Source: Mobula hypostoma (Eukaryota). From it: 64,000 nt of DNA. Under the pieces are notes generated by a model. It made no database searches and was not told where the DNA came from. It worked only from the letters and a program-made list of their open reading frames with translations. The stretch lies in the NCBI RefSeq assembly GCF_963921235.1, contig NC_086097.1, forward strand, positions 57,848,001 to 57,912,000, in the 5' to 3' direction. Shown piece after piece: positions 22,198 through 34,783 of the stretch. Numbering within the stretch: position 1 is the stretch's first letter; each line of letters starts with the position of its first letter. The translations under genes and the position numbers were made by a program.

Positions 22198-25100
22198 TGT
22201 TGTGTCTGTACAACTACGTATCATTTAAAATAAAGAGCATGCATGACGGAGATGGCTTTAACCGGTGCATTCACATTGGGGAGAGAGAGAGAGAGGTAAC
22301 TTATCAATCCATTGGTAGTACTAAGGGGAGTTATTGCTCTAAAAGAAATGTAAGAGTGTATATGTAGCAAAACATTTAGCTTTCCTTTAAAAAATCATAT
22401 TCAAATATGCATGCTTTCTCAGTAACAGTCCATAACTAACTTTACTATACTAAAGATTCAGTCTTTTGGGTGGCACTCTGTTTCTTTCAGGATAGCTCCT
22501 CTGGACCTGTGGAGTGGCATCAGGTTTGGCCGGTGTCCTGTCAAAGACAACTGTCCCTGTTGCAGGTGGCATGTTGCTGTTAGTGACATGATCATCACAG
22601 AGAGGTGATTCCAGCGGATGTAATGTGTCCGCCTTGTTGGATGCAGTTGACTCAGGTGTGTTCTTCAGCTGAGCACCCAGTATCAAGTCCACATGACATC
22701 TCTATGTCTGATCTCCAACATCCACTGTGTACATCAATGGTCCAGTTCTTGTAGCTATCCTACCAGGTATCTACTTGTCTTTTCAGTAATCACATGCAAG
22801 GACTTCCAGTCCAACCTCAAAGCTATTTGCTGCTTCACTTGGCAACAACTGAACTGTTTATTCCCTCTTTAGATCTGGTATCAGGAGGTCTATGCGAGAT
22901 CTCAGATTTCTACTCCTGAATAGCATTGCATGAACAGAGATCTGATACACAAACAGAAAGTTGTCCACCTTGTGCTATATCCTCCTTGATCATAGCTTTA
23001 ATGGAATTCTTGAAGTTTTGGATAAACCTTCCAGCTCTCCTATTCATTGCTCGGTGGTGAGGAGCTGACTTGAAATGTTTGATGCCATTTTTCTTCATGA
23101 ATAGTCTGAACTCTTTTGATGTGCGTTGAGGTCGGTTGTCACTCACAGTTTGTTCAGGTCAGCTGTTTCTGGTGAGGATAGTCCTCAGAAGGGAAACAGC
23201 CTCTGCTGAGGTGGTTGACTTCATTTGTATGACCTCCGAATGAGCATCCACAGCAATCAGAAACATGGAGTCCATGAATGGCTCAACAAAGTCAATATGC
23301 ACTCTTTGCCATGGTGAAGACGGCCACTCTCACATGTGTAACAGTGCCTGTGGGGGTGCATTTTAAATCTTGTGTATCCCAAACAGCTTTTGGTTAGGTC
23401 TTCTATCTGTCTATCTATTCCCAGCTACAGCAATGAGTTTTCATTCTTGAAAAACTCATTTTTCTCTCTCTTTGTGCGCAGACCATACTCACTCAGCCTG
23501 GTAAGCACTTTACCAAGGTTCTGGAGGTACTCTTCATCAAGGTAACATTGTGTTCCTGGGGTATCTTGGAGCACTTGGTCCATTGCTCTTTGCCAAACTG
23601 CTGGGGCTGAAGTGATGCCAAAGATGAGGTGATTATACTAGAACAGTCCCTTGTGAGTGTTGATGGTGAGGAACTTCCTGCCTTTGCAGATAGACTCGTG
23701 ACAAGTCAATCCTTGAAAACCCCTGCCTGCCTGCCTGCCAAAGATGCAAAAATGTCTTCTATTTGTGACAGGGGATACTGCACAGTACCCAGCACAGGGT
23801 TGATGCTCAGTTTGAAGTCCCCACATATGCGAACAGCACCAGCCTTCCCTTTCTTGATCATCAGGACTATGGACGTGGCCCAATCATTCCAGTCAACCCT
23901 GGAGAGAACGTCAGTGAGAAGGATAAGTTATCAGTTCTGCAGTTCAGCATTCACTTTAGGACAGAGTGCGTAAGGCACTGAACATGCTCTATGGAATCCT
24001 GGTGTTGCCGCTTCATCCAGTTCAATTTATGCCTTTATGCCTTAGAGTTTACCAATACCCTTCACAAACACCTTTTCATTAGAATTAAACAGCTGTGACA
24101 GTCTCTGGTTAGTACTACCATTTGGGCTGCAGTTGCCTGTTAATGACTCATTGAGAGCTTTGATTGAGTGCCAGTCTGGTTGGATTTCTCTCAGCCATTC
24201 ATGTCTGAAAAGAGCTGGCTCTCCACTTTACAAAACATAAAGCTCTAATAGCTGTGTTTGTCCTCCATATGTTATATTCACTTTCAGTTTGCCTTTGGGA
24301 GACCCTTTTTCACCTATGAAAGTCTTTAGCATCACTGAGGTCTTTTTTAATGATAGCTTAGAAAACATTCTGGTGTAGTCAGCCTCTGAAATTATGGACA
24401 AAGCTGACCCTGTAACCAACTCCATTTTCAGTTTTACACCAGGCACATCTATTGTGATCCATATGATTTTGCGATCTGCTTTAATAATGCTATTCATTTC
24501 TAGGCATGACAGCTCTCTTTTGTCGGACTTCGTGTTGTCTGATTTTGTTGCACATTTGGTCACTTCATGCGTTTGTTTGGTTTTGTGTTTGACACTTTTC
24601 ACTCTGTTTTCTTTTCCCTCTTTGGTTGTGATTTTTGTCTGATTTGCACTCTCTCTCTATGTGACCTTGTCTGTGACACTTTCTGCAAACTTTTTCTTTG
24701 AACCAACAGTCATTTGCATGATGGGAAGATTTGCCACATCATAACATTTTTGTCTTTTTGCACCATTCAGGGATATTTTGTATGTTTCACATTATAAGCT
24801 CCTTTTCTGTAGTTCTGCCTCATCCCTTGCTTCAATCTCTAATGATATTGCAATGGCCAATGCCTGTTCTGTTAGGTCTCTTTCTGACAGTAGCCTATTT
24901 GAGTGCGTTGACTATGCATGCCACATACAAGTCTGTCCCTTAATGTATCAGAAAGTCTATCTTTAAAGTCATAGAAAGTATTGAGAAAGTTTGTGCAGTT
25001 CTGCAATGTATTTAGAAATGCTTTTATCCTTTGACTGGTTCCTTTTGTAAAACCTAAATGTCACAGCTATTACCAGTAGTTCAGGACTCAAGTGATTTTG

Positions 25101-25620
25101 TAAAATTGTAACAATTTCATCAAGTGTCTTACTTGCTGGCTTTTCAGGAGTTACTAAGTTGAATAAGAGCCTGTAAATTTTAGCACCCATTAAGTTAAAA
25201 AGCGTGGATACTTTCTTTTCCTCATCCACGTCATTCACGTTACAATGTTCAACCCTCTAGATATACGAATCACAGTCCTAATTATAGCTATTAAGTTAAT
25301 CAATTTTCCCGTCTAAGGTTATCATCACGTTCTTTTCACTTTAACTTTGCTAGTTGTGCGCCTTTCACTGTGCACCATGCAGTTACTCACATGTCCCTTT
25401 GTTAGGATCTGTGACGGCCTTCTCCGTACTGATTAACACTTTCCTCTCACTGTCTCTCTCTGAAGTCTGTCGTGCTGTAACTGTCAGTGCCATCGGTGAT
25501 ATTTGCTGACATTTAGGTTCATACTTGCCACCAATTTGTTGTGTCTGTGTACAACTACATATCAATTAAAGTAAAAAGCATGCACATGAGAGATGGCTTT
25601 AGCTGGTGTATTCAAATTGC

Positions 25621-25669
<49 letters not shown>

Positions 25670-25770
25670 ACATGCCTGGACAACAGATCAATGCACATAG
25701 GTAAGCCATCAGTCCATCAGTAGTGCTAAGGGGAGTCATTGTTCTGAAAGAAATAGATCCATACATTACA
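22198..25770 (-). mobile_element. gag-pol: Mag-like Gypsy LTR retrotransposon (copy 1), decayed, both LTRs present
   Basis: LTRs 22198-~22350 (truncated) and 25537-25770 (TGT..ACA); PBS-like TGGTGGCAAG at 25524-25533; gag LMGAKIYRLL..FRFYKRNQ, protease MELVTGS, RT and IN remnants, YPERNRVPPKRLNL. No matching TSD seen. Confidence 0.9.
25625..25668. repeat. (GA)n microsatellite inside the Gypsy 5' LTR
   Basis: Perfect dinucleotide run. Confidence 0.95.
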
Positions 25771-25978
25771 TGTACTTCTGTTTATTTTGTGATATGATTG
25801 TAATTATATTGTGAGGTGCATCATATTCTAATTCCTGTGCAGTCTTAAGTTAACTTTGTGGCTAATGAAAGATGATATGTGCTGGTGCCTAATAATTGGA
25901 GCTCTTTGCTCTTAGTGGGAGAGAGAGTTTGGGGTGCCCAGGAGATCACTCTGTACAAAAACAGAATGGAGATATTAT

Positions 25979-28843
25979 TCCACAAACATGAGAAAATCTG
26001 CAGATGCTGGAAATCCAAGGAACACACACAAAATGCTGGAGGAACTCAGCAGGCCAGGCAGCATCTATGGAAAAAAGTACAGTCAACGTTTTGGGCCGAG
26101 ACCTTTCGGCAGGACTGGAGAGAAAAAGATGAGGAATAGATTTTAAAGGTGGGGGAGTGGAGAGAGAAACACAAGGTGATAGGTGTAACCAGGAGGAGAA
26201 GGGATGACATAAAGAGCTGGGAAGTTGATTAGTGAAAGAGATGCAGGGCTGGAGAAGGGGGAGTCCGATAGGAGAGAACAGAAGGCCATGGAAGAAAGAA
26301 AAGTGGGGGGGAGGGGCAGTACCAGAGGGAGGCGATGGGCAGGCAAGGAGATAAGGTGTGAAAGGGAAAAGGGGATGGGGAATGGTGAGGGGGGGGCATT
26401 ATCGGAAGTTTGAGAAATCGATGTTCATGTTATCAGGTTGGAGACTATCCAGACAGAATATAAGTTGTTGTTCTTCCAACCTGAGTGTGGCCTCATTGCG
26501 ACAGTAGAGTAGGCCATAGATTGATATATCGGAATGGGAATGGGAAGTGGAATTAAAATGGGTTGTCACCAGGAGATCCTGCTTCTTCTGGCGGACAAGG
26601 TGTAGGTGCTCTGCGAAATGGTCTCCCAATCTACTTTGGGTCTCACTGATATACAGGGGGCCACACTGGGAGCACTGGACACAGTATATGACCCCAACAG
26701 ACTCGCAGATGAAGTCTCGCCTTACCTAGAAGGACTATTTGAGGTCTTGAATGGTAGTGAGGGAGGAGGTGTAGGGGCAGGTGTAGCGCTTATTCCGCTT
26801 GCAAGGATAAGTGCAGGAGGGAGATCAGTGGGGAGGGATGAATGGACAAAGAAGTCTCATAGAGAGCGATCCCTGTGGAAAGCAGAAAATGAGGGGCGGG
26901 AAGATGTGCCTGGTGGTGGGATCCCGTTAGAGATGGCAAAAGTTCCAGAGAATTATGTGCTGGATGCGGAGGTTGGTGGGGTGGTAAGTGAGGACAAGAG
27001 GAATCCTATCCCTGGTAGGGTGGCAGGAGGTTGGGGTAACAGTAGACGTGTGTGAAATGGAAGATATGTGGTTGAGGGCAGCATTGATGGTGGAAGAAGG
27101 GAAGCCATTTTCTTTGAAAAAGGAGGACACCTCCTTTGTTCTAGAATGAAAAGCATCATCTTGAGAGCAGATGTGGCTGAGATGGAGGAACTGAGAGAAG
27201 GAGATGGCATTTTTACAAGTAACAAGGTGGGAAGAGGCAGCTATGAGTCTGTAGAGGTAAATGTGTGTAGGTATGAAAATTAGCACGGCAGGGAAATGGT
27301 TAACAATTAGGAATTTGTGGGCCTGTTATGTTGTTGAGCAGATTGACCCTTGATACTAGATAAGGAGAGAACAACATGTGACTCTGGTCTACTGGATAAC
27401 CTGCTCGAGAGCACGCTAAAAGTGCTGATTTGTGTAAAAGTAATTAATCACCTTGTCTCTAAAGAATGTTTTTTTACATTGTTTGGTTGTAAGATTAATA
27501 GGATGTATTGTCCCTGAGGGGGAAAATGCCGTTTGTTACAGGTCACCCGACCGTGGTACTTGCAGGTATGAAGGATGTACGTTGGCTTAATACGTGGCCA
27601 GGACTTGGACTGGCCCAAGTTAGGGTCGTGTAAGCGTTCAATTGGATGCCTAGCCCCTCCCAGCTGGACTGGGAGGTGGTGATAGTGCTATAAAGGTGGA
27701 AAAGTTCTTTCCTGGGTAGACCACTCGCCTGGCTCCCACCTTCAGGCCGAGCAGCTGAACCGATTCCGAGGACCTCCACCCTAGCCGGTCCATGGTCGAT
27801 CGCCCGCTTCAGGGACCAAGCAGACGTTGCTATGTATACTCAGCGGTGTAGACTACTAGGGGTTGTTTAAGTTAGGCCCCACCTATTAGTGGTGTAGGCA
27901 GTGTACAATATAAAGCATTTCTTGCAACTCTCTATTTCCTTCTCTGTATTAACAATAAAGTGACTCTCGGAGGAACTACCGAGTCTGGGTCCATTTGTTC
28001 AAGCGAAACCAAATAGTTGCAGCATCCACCCATCACGGTTATTCTTACTGGGTATCAGTTTTGTGGAACTGAGTCCATGGGTTTATAATAGACATCAGCA
28101 GATAAGTTGTCTCCAGAAACAGGGACAGTGAGATCGAGAAAGGGGTGGGAGGTGTCAGAAATGAACCAGATAAATTTGAGGACAGGGTGGAAGTTGAAGG
28201 TGAAGTTGATGAAGTTGACGAGCTTGGCATGCATGCAGGAAGCAGCACCAATGCAGTTGTCGATGTAGCATAGGCAAAGTGGGGGACAGACACCAGTGTA
28301 GGCTTGAAACATAGACAGAACTTGAAATCATTGAAAAGATCCAGAGCATGTGAAGTGTCATGGATGTAGGTAGGGAGGGACTGAACTGGCGGTGGCGGGG
28401 GGGGGGGGGGTAGGAATAAAACAGAGTTAAGGTACGCAGATATGAGTTTAGTGGGGGAGGAACAAGCTGAACAATGGGTCTGCTTGGACAAGTGGGTTTT
28501 CCCTGTCTCATCTTATCTCCTTGCCCACCCATCACCTCCCTCTGGTGCTCCTCCCCCTCTTTTCTTTCTTCCATGGTCTTCTGTTCTCTCCTATTGGACT
28601 CCCCCTTCTCCAACCCCGTATCTCTTTCACCAATCAACTTCCCAGCTCTTTACTTCTTCCCTCCCCCTGCCATTCTCACCTATCTCGTTGGTTTCTCTTG
28701 CTCCCTCCCCCACCTTTTAAATCTGCTCCTCGTCTTTTTTTTTCCAGTCCTGCCAAAGGGTCTCATTCCAAAATGTCGACTGTACTTTCCGTAGATGCTG
28801 TCTGGTCTGGTGAGTTCCTCCAGCATTTTGTGTATGTTGCGGT
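25979..28843 (-). mobile_element. Penelope-like element with an inverted pLTR copy (28497-28840) and a solo LTR inside
   Basis: RT remnants (YIDNCIG, LKFIWFISDTSHPFLDL) and GIY-YIG C-terminus on minus; inverted tail on plus; flanking repeat gagatattat at 25969-25978 and 28844-28853. Confidence 0.88.
27250..28070 (+). mobile_element. Solo LTR (~820 bp, retroviral type)
   Basis: Interrupts the Penelope RT with a 5-bp duplication gagtc (27245-27249 and 28071-28075). Starts TG, has TATAAA near 27688 and AATAAA near 27954; the 3' end reads CT rather than CA. Confidence 0.75.
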
Positions 28844-28949
28844 GAGATATTATCGTGTTTTCTGGTACATAACTTTTTGTAAATAATGGCAGTTTTTTTT
28901 CACTATTTTTTTCTAATTTTTTTTTGATGCATCTAATAAGCACCTTTGC

Positions 28950-29290
28950 ACTGAACTTCTCAGTGAGCCCAGCTATTTTTTTCTTTTGGGCATATTTAAC
29001 AGTGACCCATATCTGTTACTCTACCTTCCTTTTCCTCGCCATTTGATAAATTGATTATCCTCCAGCTTTGCCTCTTGCCTCTGCCCAGTTCCATGAGACT
29101 GTAGTTCTCTTCTTTCAATCTTACCTACCTTTAAGTAAACGTTTCACTTCAATTTGCTTCCACTTCCGACCACAATGTAGTCAAATCTGGAGTCCACTGA
29201 GAAACTCTCCTTGCCCTCACCACAATCCCCTTCTCCCACAAGCCCATTTCTCTCTCTATTTGAATACAGAAACCAGTGACAACATATGAA
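28950..29290 (+). mobile_element. Old L2 LINE RT fragment
   Basis: Degenerate 'gccatttgata..gattat..ctcca', 'ttcaatcttaccta' and 'ccttctc..ttctctctctat' resemble L2 RT motifs. Confidence 0.5.
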
Positions 29291-29477
29291 GGGTATTCAC
29301 ATGTATGGTTATAATGCCCAGCTCTAACTTTTCATTTTTGCCTTGATCCTTAACCAGCTTTTTCTCTTGTGTTGCCAGACTTCATCTAACACCAAGTTCT
29401 GGAAATATTTAACTTTCAGGAACACATTCTTGGGAAGCACTAGATAATCATATTTTAAACACAAGACAGCATGCCAA

Positions 29478-29750
29478 TAAGACCAGAAGACATGGGAACA
29501 GAATTCGGCCATTTGGCCCATTGACTCTGTTCTGCCATTCTGCCATGGCTGATTTATTATCCTTCTCAACCCCATTCGGCTGCCTTCTCCCCATAACATT
29601 TGACACCCATCTTTAGGTCCTGAAGAAGGGTCCTGGCCTGAAATGTTCAACTATGTATTCATTTCCATAAATGCTGCCTGACCTGCTGAGCTCCTGCAGC
29701 TTTTTGTGTGTTTTGGATTTCCAGCATCTGCAAACTTTGTCGTGTTTATG
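29478..29750. mobile_element. CR1 3' tail (minus, 29478-29610) abutting a Penelope pLTR tail (plus, 29615-29750)
   Basis: 'cagaattcggccatttggccc' is a CR1 terminus; gtc-CTGAAGA-agggtcctggcct-GAAA is a hammerhead-like core. Confidence 0.75.
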
Positions 29751-29789
29751 ATTATCTACCTTCAGATGTTCCCAAGCAGCTTCTCCTTA

Positions 29790-31760
29790 GTAATAGCAAT
29801 CAACTCTGCCCACTGACACGTTCGAATTTCTGGCATACTGCTAGTGTCTTCCACAATGAAGAATGTCACATATACTGATTAAGTTTGTCTGTCATTTCTT
29901 TGCCCCCTCTGACCACTGTTCCAATGTCATTGTCCTGTGGTTTGATATCCTCTTTTACTCTTTACATATCTGGTATCCTCTTTTATATTATTGGCTGGTT
30001 TACCTTCATATTTCATCTTTTCTCTCCTTTTGGCTTTTTAGTTGCCTTCTGTTAGTTTCAAAAACCTTCCCAATCCTGTAACTTCCCACTAATTTCTGCT
30101 ATATTAAACACCCTCTCTTTTGCTTTTTGTTGTCTTTGACTTCCCTCCTCAGCCATGGTTGTCTGAATTTCCCTTTAGAATACTTATCATCTTTGGGATG
30201 TATCTATACTACACCTTCCGAATTGCCTCCAGAAACTCCGGCCTTTGCTGTTCTGCAGTCATTCCAGCTAGTCCCCACCCAATCAACTTTGGCCAGCTCC
30301 TGTCTCATGCCTCTTTAATCCCCTTTACTCCACTGTAATACTGATACATCTGACTTCATCCTCTCTCATGCAGACTGCAGGGTAAATTTTATCTTATTAT
30401 GATTATTGCTTCTTAGGGTTTCTTTACCTTAAGCTCCCTAATCAAGTCTGTTTCATTATGGCACACCCAGTCTGGAATAGCTGATCCCCTAGTGTGCTCA
30501 ACCACAAGCTGGTCTAAAAATCCATCCCATAGTCCCTCTGCAAATTTCCTCTCTTGGGATGCAGCACCAAACCGATTTTCCCAATCTGTCATCATAATGA
30601 AAACCCCCATGACATTCATAACATTATCTTTATTACATGACTTTTCTATCTCCTGTGGTAATTTATATCCCACATCCTGGCTACTGTTCAGATACTGGTA
30701 TATAACTCCCATCAGGGCCCTTTTACCCTTGCAGTTTCTTAACTTTGACCACAAAGATTCTACACCTTCTGGTCCTATGTCACCTCTTTCAAAGGATTTT
30801 ATTTCATTTTTTTACCAACAGAGTCAACCACCCCTCTGCCTACATTCTTGTTCTTTCAATGCAAGGCATATCGTTGGCTGTTAAGCTCCCAACTGTGATC
30901 TTATTTGAGCAATGTCTCAGTGATACCCACAACGTCATACCTGCCAATCTCTAACTGTGTTATAATACCATCAACCTTATTATGTACACTGTGTGCCTTC
31001 ACGCCTGTATTCATCATCCTTTTCAATTTTGTCCCAATGTTACACTGCAACTTATCCCACTGATTGCAATTTTACCCTATCATCTGCCTGTTCTTCCTCA
31101 CAATCTCACTACACACCGCATCAAATTGTATATCAACTGCCCCATCTTCTGCCCAGTTACTCTGATTCTTAACTATTGAGTCTCCTATCACTTCACTCTG
31201 TCTGACTTTACTCTTCCCTGCTGACCTTCAGATCTGGCCACAGTGCCACTGGCCTGGCTGTTTATGCTGTACCCTGTTAGTTCATCTCCACCCCCCACAG
31301 CAGCTCCAGAGGGGTGTACTTGTTGCTGAGGGGAATGCCCACAGGGGAGTCCTGCACTGACTGTTTATTCTCCTTACACTCCTGGTGGTCACACATCTAC
31401 CGTTTGAAACCTGCTCTCTGGGTGTGATTGCCTCAGTAAAGGTCTCATCTATGAGGTTTACAGCCTCCCCGGATGGTCCTGAGTGCATCCAGCTCCTGCT
31501 GCATTGCCCTGACCTTGTCTTTCAGGAGCTGAAGTTGGATGCACTACCTGCTGGTGTAGTCATAAAATATGGGATTTTAGGTACCCCGAAATCCCACATC
31601 TCACAGGAACGTTCCACTGCCTGAACTAGCACCCTGCCTTCGCTTGTTATACCTCTAACTTCTCAAGCTTAAGTTCTAGTCTGCACTTGTTCACCCAAGC
31701 CTGTTGAGCCAAAGCCTGGCCACTCTAACACTGCCCACTCCAACACTGCCCACTCCAATA
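29790..31760 (-). mobile_element. CR1 LINE 5' part (ORF1 remnant and APE region)
   Basis: LRNCKGKRALMGVIY, FLDQLVVEHTRGSAIPDWV; ORF1 segments homologous to 41395-42384. Confidence 0.85.
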
Positions 31761-31914
31761 TTGGCTGCTCCGCTTACACCTGTCTTCTTTTTATTGATCC
31801 CTGCTGAATCTCTAGGAGAAAATATTATGATTGCAGTGCATAGAAAATTTCCAAAATGCCTCAAGCTCTTTTTATACCTCATGCTACCTCACCAACAAAA
31901 GACTTCTCGCGATG

Positions 31915-32200
31915 ATTGCAGTCTGCCAGAATCTGGAAGTCTAGCGTAACACATACAAAATTCTGGAGGAACTCAGCAGGTCAAGCAGCATCTATGGAGT
32001 GGAATAAGAGACTCGTCATCAGGACTGAAAAGGAAGGGGGAATAAGCCAGAATAAGAAGGTGGGGTGAGTGGAAGAAGTTCATTCTGTTAGGTGACAGGT
32101 GAAACCAGGTGAGTGGGAGGATAAAGTAAGAAGATGGGAGGTGATAGGTAGAAGAGGTTAAGGGCTGAAGAAGAAAGAATTTGATAGGAGAGGACAGAGA
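31915..32200 (-). mobile_element. Penelope-like pLTR fragment
   Basis: 'aaaattctggaggaactcagcaggtcaagcagcatctatgga..tcatcaggactg' with a partly deleted hammerhead. Confidence 0.75.
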
Positions 32201-32204
32201 TGTT

Positions 32205-32520
32205 TCTGCGAAACCTTCCAAACCCACTGGCATGATAGGTTAACCAAAATCAGTGTGCTCTCCCAGACCAACAATTAACTTGGTGAGCTCCAGTTAACTC
32301 AGCCACATCATCTGCAGAATAAAGCTCTCTGCTCAAACTGTGTCAAGATGACATATTTTCAGAAAAGAGGAAACAATTCACAGATGTTTTCAAAGACTTC
32401 TTGAATAAAGGTGACCCTGCCCCTTCCCCCCATTGATTGGCAGGGATCATTAGTCTGAGATTTCTACATTAGTGAATGACCATTTGATATGTTACAGAGC
32501 ACCTGGGGTCTCTTCATGAG
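32205..32520 (+). mobile_element. Old RTE-clade LINE 3' fragment
   Basis: Degenerate HW.DRLT..SVLSQ.N and RKQFTDVFK..L motifs resembling the RTE ORF2 C-terminus. Confidence 0.5.
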
Positions 32521-32659
32521 GACACAAAAGATACTGCAGATGCTGGAGATCTTGAGCAGCACACACAAAATGCTGAAGGAACTGAACAAACCAGGCAGTA
32601 GCTCTCTAGGGGAATAAACAGCTGATGGCTGGAAACAGGTGTTTTTTTTCCACGCAATG

Positions 32660-32875
32660 ATAATTGGTATCTGGGAATAAGCTGCCAGGGATGTGGTAAA
32701 GACTTGAAAAGTCGCAACGTTCAAAAGGCATCTGGAGAGATGCTTGAATGAGCAAGGCATAGAGGGATATGGAATTAATACAGGTAAGTGGAATTAGAAT
32801 AGTTAGCACGCCAGTTGGCATTGATGTGCTGGGCCCGAGGATCTGTTTCTATGCTGTACAACTCTCTGACTCCAT
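32660..32875 (+). mobile_element. CR1 3' end fragment
   Basis: 'tggaataagctgccagggatgtggta..gggcccgaggatctgtttctatgctgtacaactct'. Confidence 0.75.
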
Positions 32876-33648
32876 GCTAATGAGATAGAAGTTATAAAGA
32901 TTTACTATATATGAGTTGTTAAAAAAGCATGCTCCTTTGGATGCATTCTTTTAGGTTGCTGCCGCTAAGAATTTCATAGCTTTAAATCCTAGAAATGGCA
33001 CATTTGCTGGCATACTTATTTCACTCATTCAGTACAAACTGGTTTAAGTGACACACTGCCTTTTGACCAATGATAGCTTTCCTCTGTCTTACCTTTTCTA
33101 TCTGCCTGTCTTTCTTCTCACAGCCCATGATGATCCATGATGCAAATTATTCCATCTGTTGGATACAGTTCTGCCTTTGGAGTCATGGAGTTGATCCAGA
33201 TTAAATTTTTATTTGTAATGTGAAGTAATATCACAATTTCTCTAAACATGTAATTCATGTTATTTATCGTGGACTGATTGTTGTATGAGTTGTATGATTG
33301 TGCACAGACAACAATATCTCCCACCATGCACTTGTCTATTATTGTTTGTTGCTTCATGGAGTGTAACAATGCAAGTTCAAAGAAAGGTCATTTTAATAGC
33401 ATTTATACGTTACATTCTGTTCATAAACAAAAAAAACCCATTACATTTTGATGGAACTATGCCCCACTATGTACAGTCCTGGAGGTTTTTGTTTTTTACT
33501 TTGAAACTGGGGACATGCCAAATCCAGACTAATCAAGCAGTTGAGTTATTCAGCTTCTTTTTTGAATTCAGTTAAGTCAGCCTTTCTATGGAATAGACGC
33601 TGACTTCTGACTTCAAGGTGTGTGTATAACACAACATGTCCTAGAACT

Positions 33649-33828
33649 CAAACAACAGGAATTCTGCAGATGCTGGAAATTCAAGCAACACACATCAAAG
33701 TTGCTGGTGAACGCAGCAGGCCAGGCAGCATCTATAGGAAGAGGCGCAGTCGACGTTTCAGGCCGAGACCCTTCGTCAGGATATGCTGCCTGGCCTGCTG
33801 CGTTCACCAGCAACTTTGATGTGTGTTG
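33649..33828. mobile_element. 180-bp fold-back mini-Penelope with a hammerhead core in the loop and a 14-bp TSD
   Basis: Perfect 47-bp inverted arms at 33685-33731 and 33783-33829; TSD catgtcctagaact at 33635-33648 and 33829-33842. Confidence 0.92.
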
Positions 33829-34052
33829 CATGTCCTAGAACTACAGCTACATGCCTTAGTAGTTTTATTACATCCCCAGTTCTTGCCTTGCATTATATAA
33901 AGAAAGTCACCTTTCAGGATAATGTTGGAAAAATATAGAATTGTTGTACTTTGAATTCACGACTGTGATGCTAAGAGAATTTTCTCAGATCACTTCCCAA
34001 CAAATTTTACTGCACATTTGTGGTTTAAGCTGAACATCAGTCAAATGTCTGG

Positions 34053-34261
34053 TACAAAAAATAAACTACTGGAGGTAGTTCGTTGATGGAAGTAGTGGTT
34101 GTTGTCTCATCTTGTTACCCTGCATCAGGACTCTGACACAAGGTCACAACCCAAAACACTGACTATCCCTTTGCCTCCACAGATGCTGCTTGCCCACTGA
34201 GTTCTTCCAGCAGTTTATATTTTGCTGCAGATTATACAAACTGCAGTCTCTTGTACCTCTA
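34053..34261. mobile_element. Older fold-back mini-Penelope
   Basis: Head-to-head degenerate pLTR tails; flanking repeat tcaaatgt(c/a)tgg at 34041-34052 and 34262-34273. Confidence 0.7.
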
Positions 34262-34783
34262 TCAAATGTATGGCATTATACCTAAATGTTTATAACATTG
34301 CTTAATGTGATAAAAGCAACAATGTGCCTTTGCTTTTTTCTGTCAAAGGTAGTAAAAGTGCTTAAAAGGAGTATAATTGTATTAAGTTGCCACTAGGATT
34401 ACATTGAGATATTAGGCTGGAGGTCATCCAATAGGGAACTCCAGATAATGGGTCATAAATATAGAAGAGATCACGGGAATACTCCAGCGGCCAAGAGGCC
34501 ACATGCGCTTGGATGAGTTGATGATTTGAGTTGTCAAGATAGTTATTCATCATCTCTCTGTAAAGGTGTTCCAAAATGACTACATTCAACTGGAATTCAG
34601 AATACCCCCTAAATTTTGAAATGACATGCCTGCTTGTTTAAATGACAGCAACCAACTGTGTTCCAAACTAACTTGGTAAATAAAGAAGCAGTGAACCTTT
34701 GGTGAGTGGATAGAAGATCTAGATTTTTCTCCATAAAACTATGATGGTCACCAAAGATGTAGTAAGTGATCAGTCTTGGTATA

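Noticed and set aside
33093..33243. Strong minus-strand donor (aag|gtaaga) with MGCEKKDRQIEK, and a strong plus-strand acceptor at 33123
   Set aside because: All minus frames have stops from the nearest acceptors, the phase does not match the next exon, and the plus-strand reading stops after 26 codons.
34362..34589. Protein-like 75-aa minus ORF with a plausible acceptor
   Set aside because: No convincing donor in a compatible phase; not excluded, but not supportable from sequence alone.
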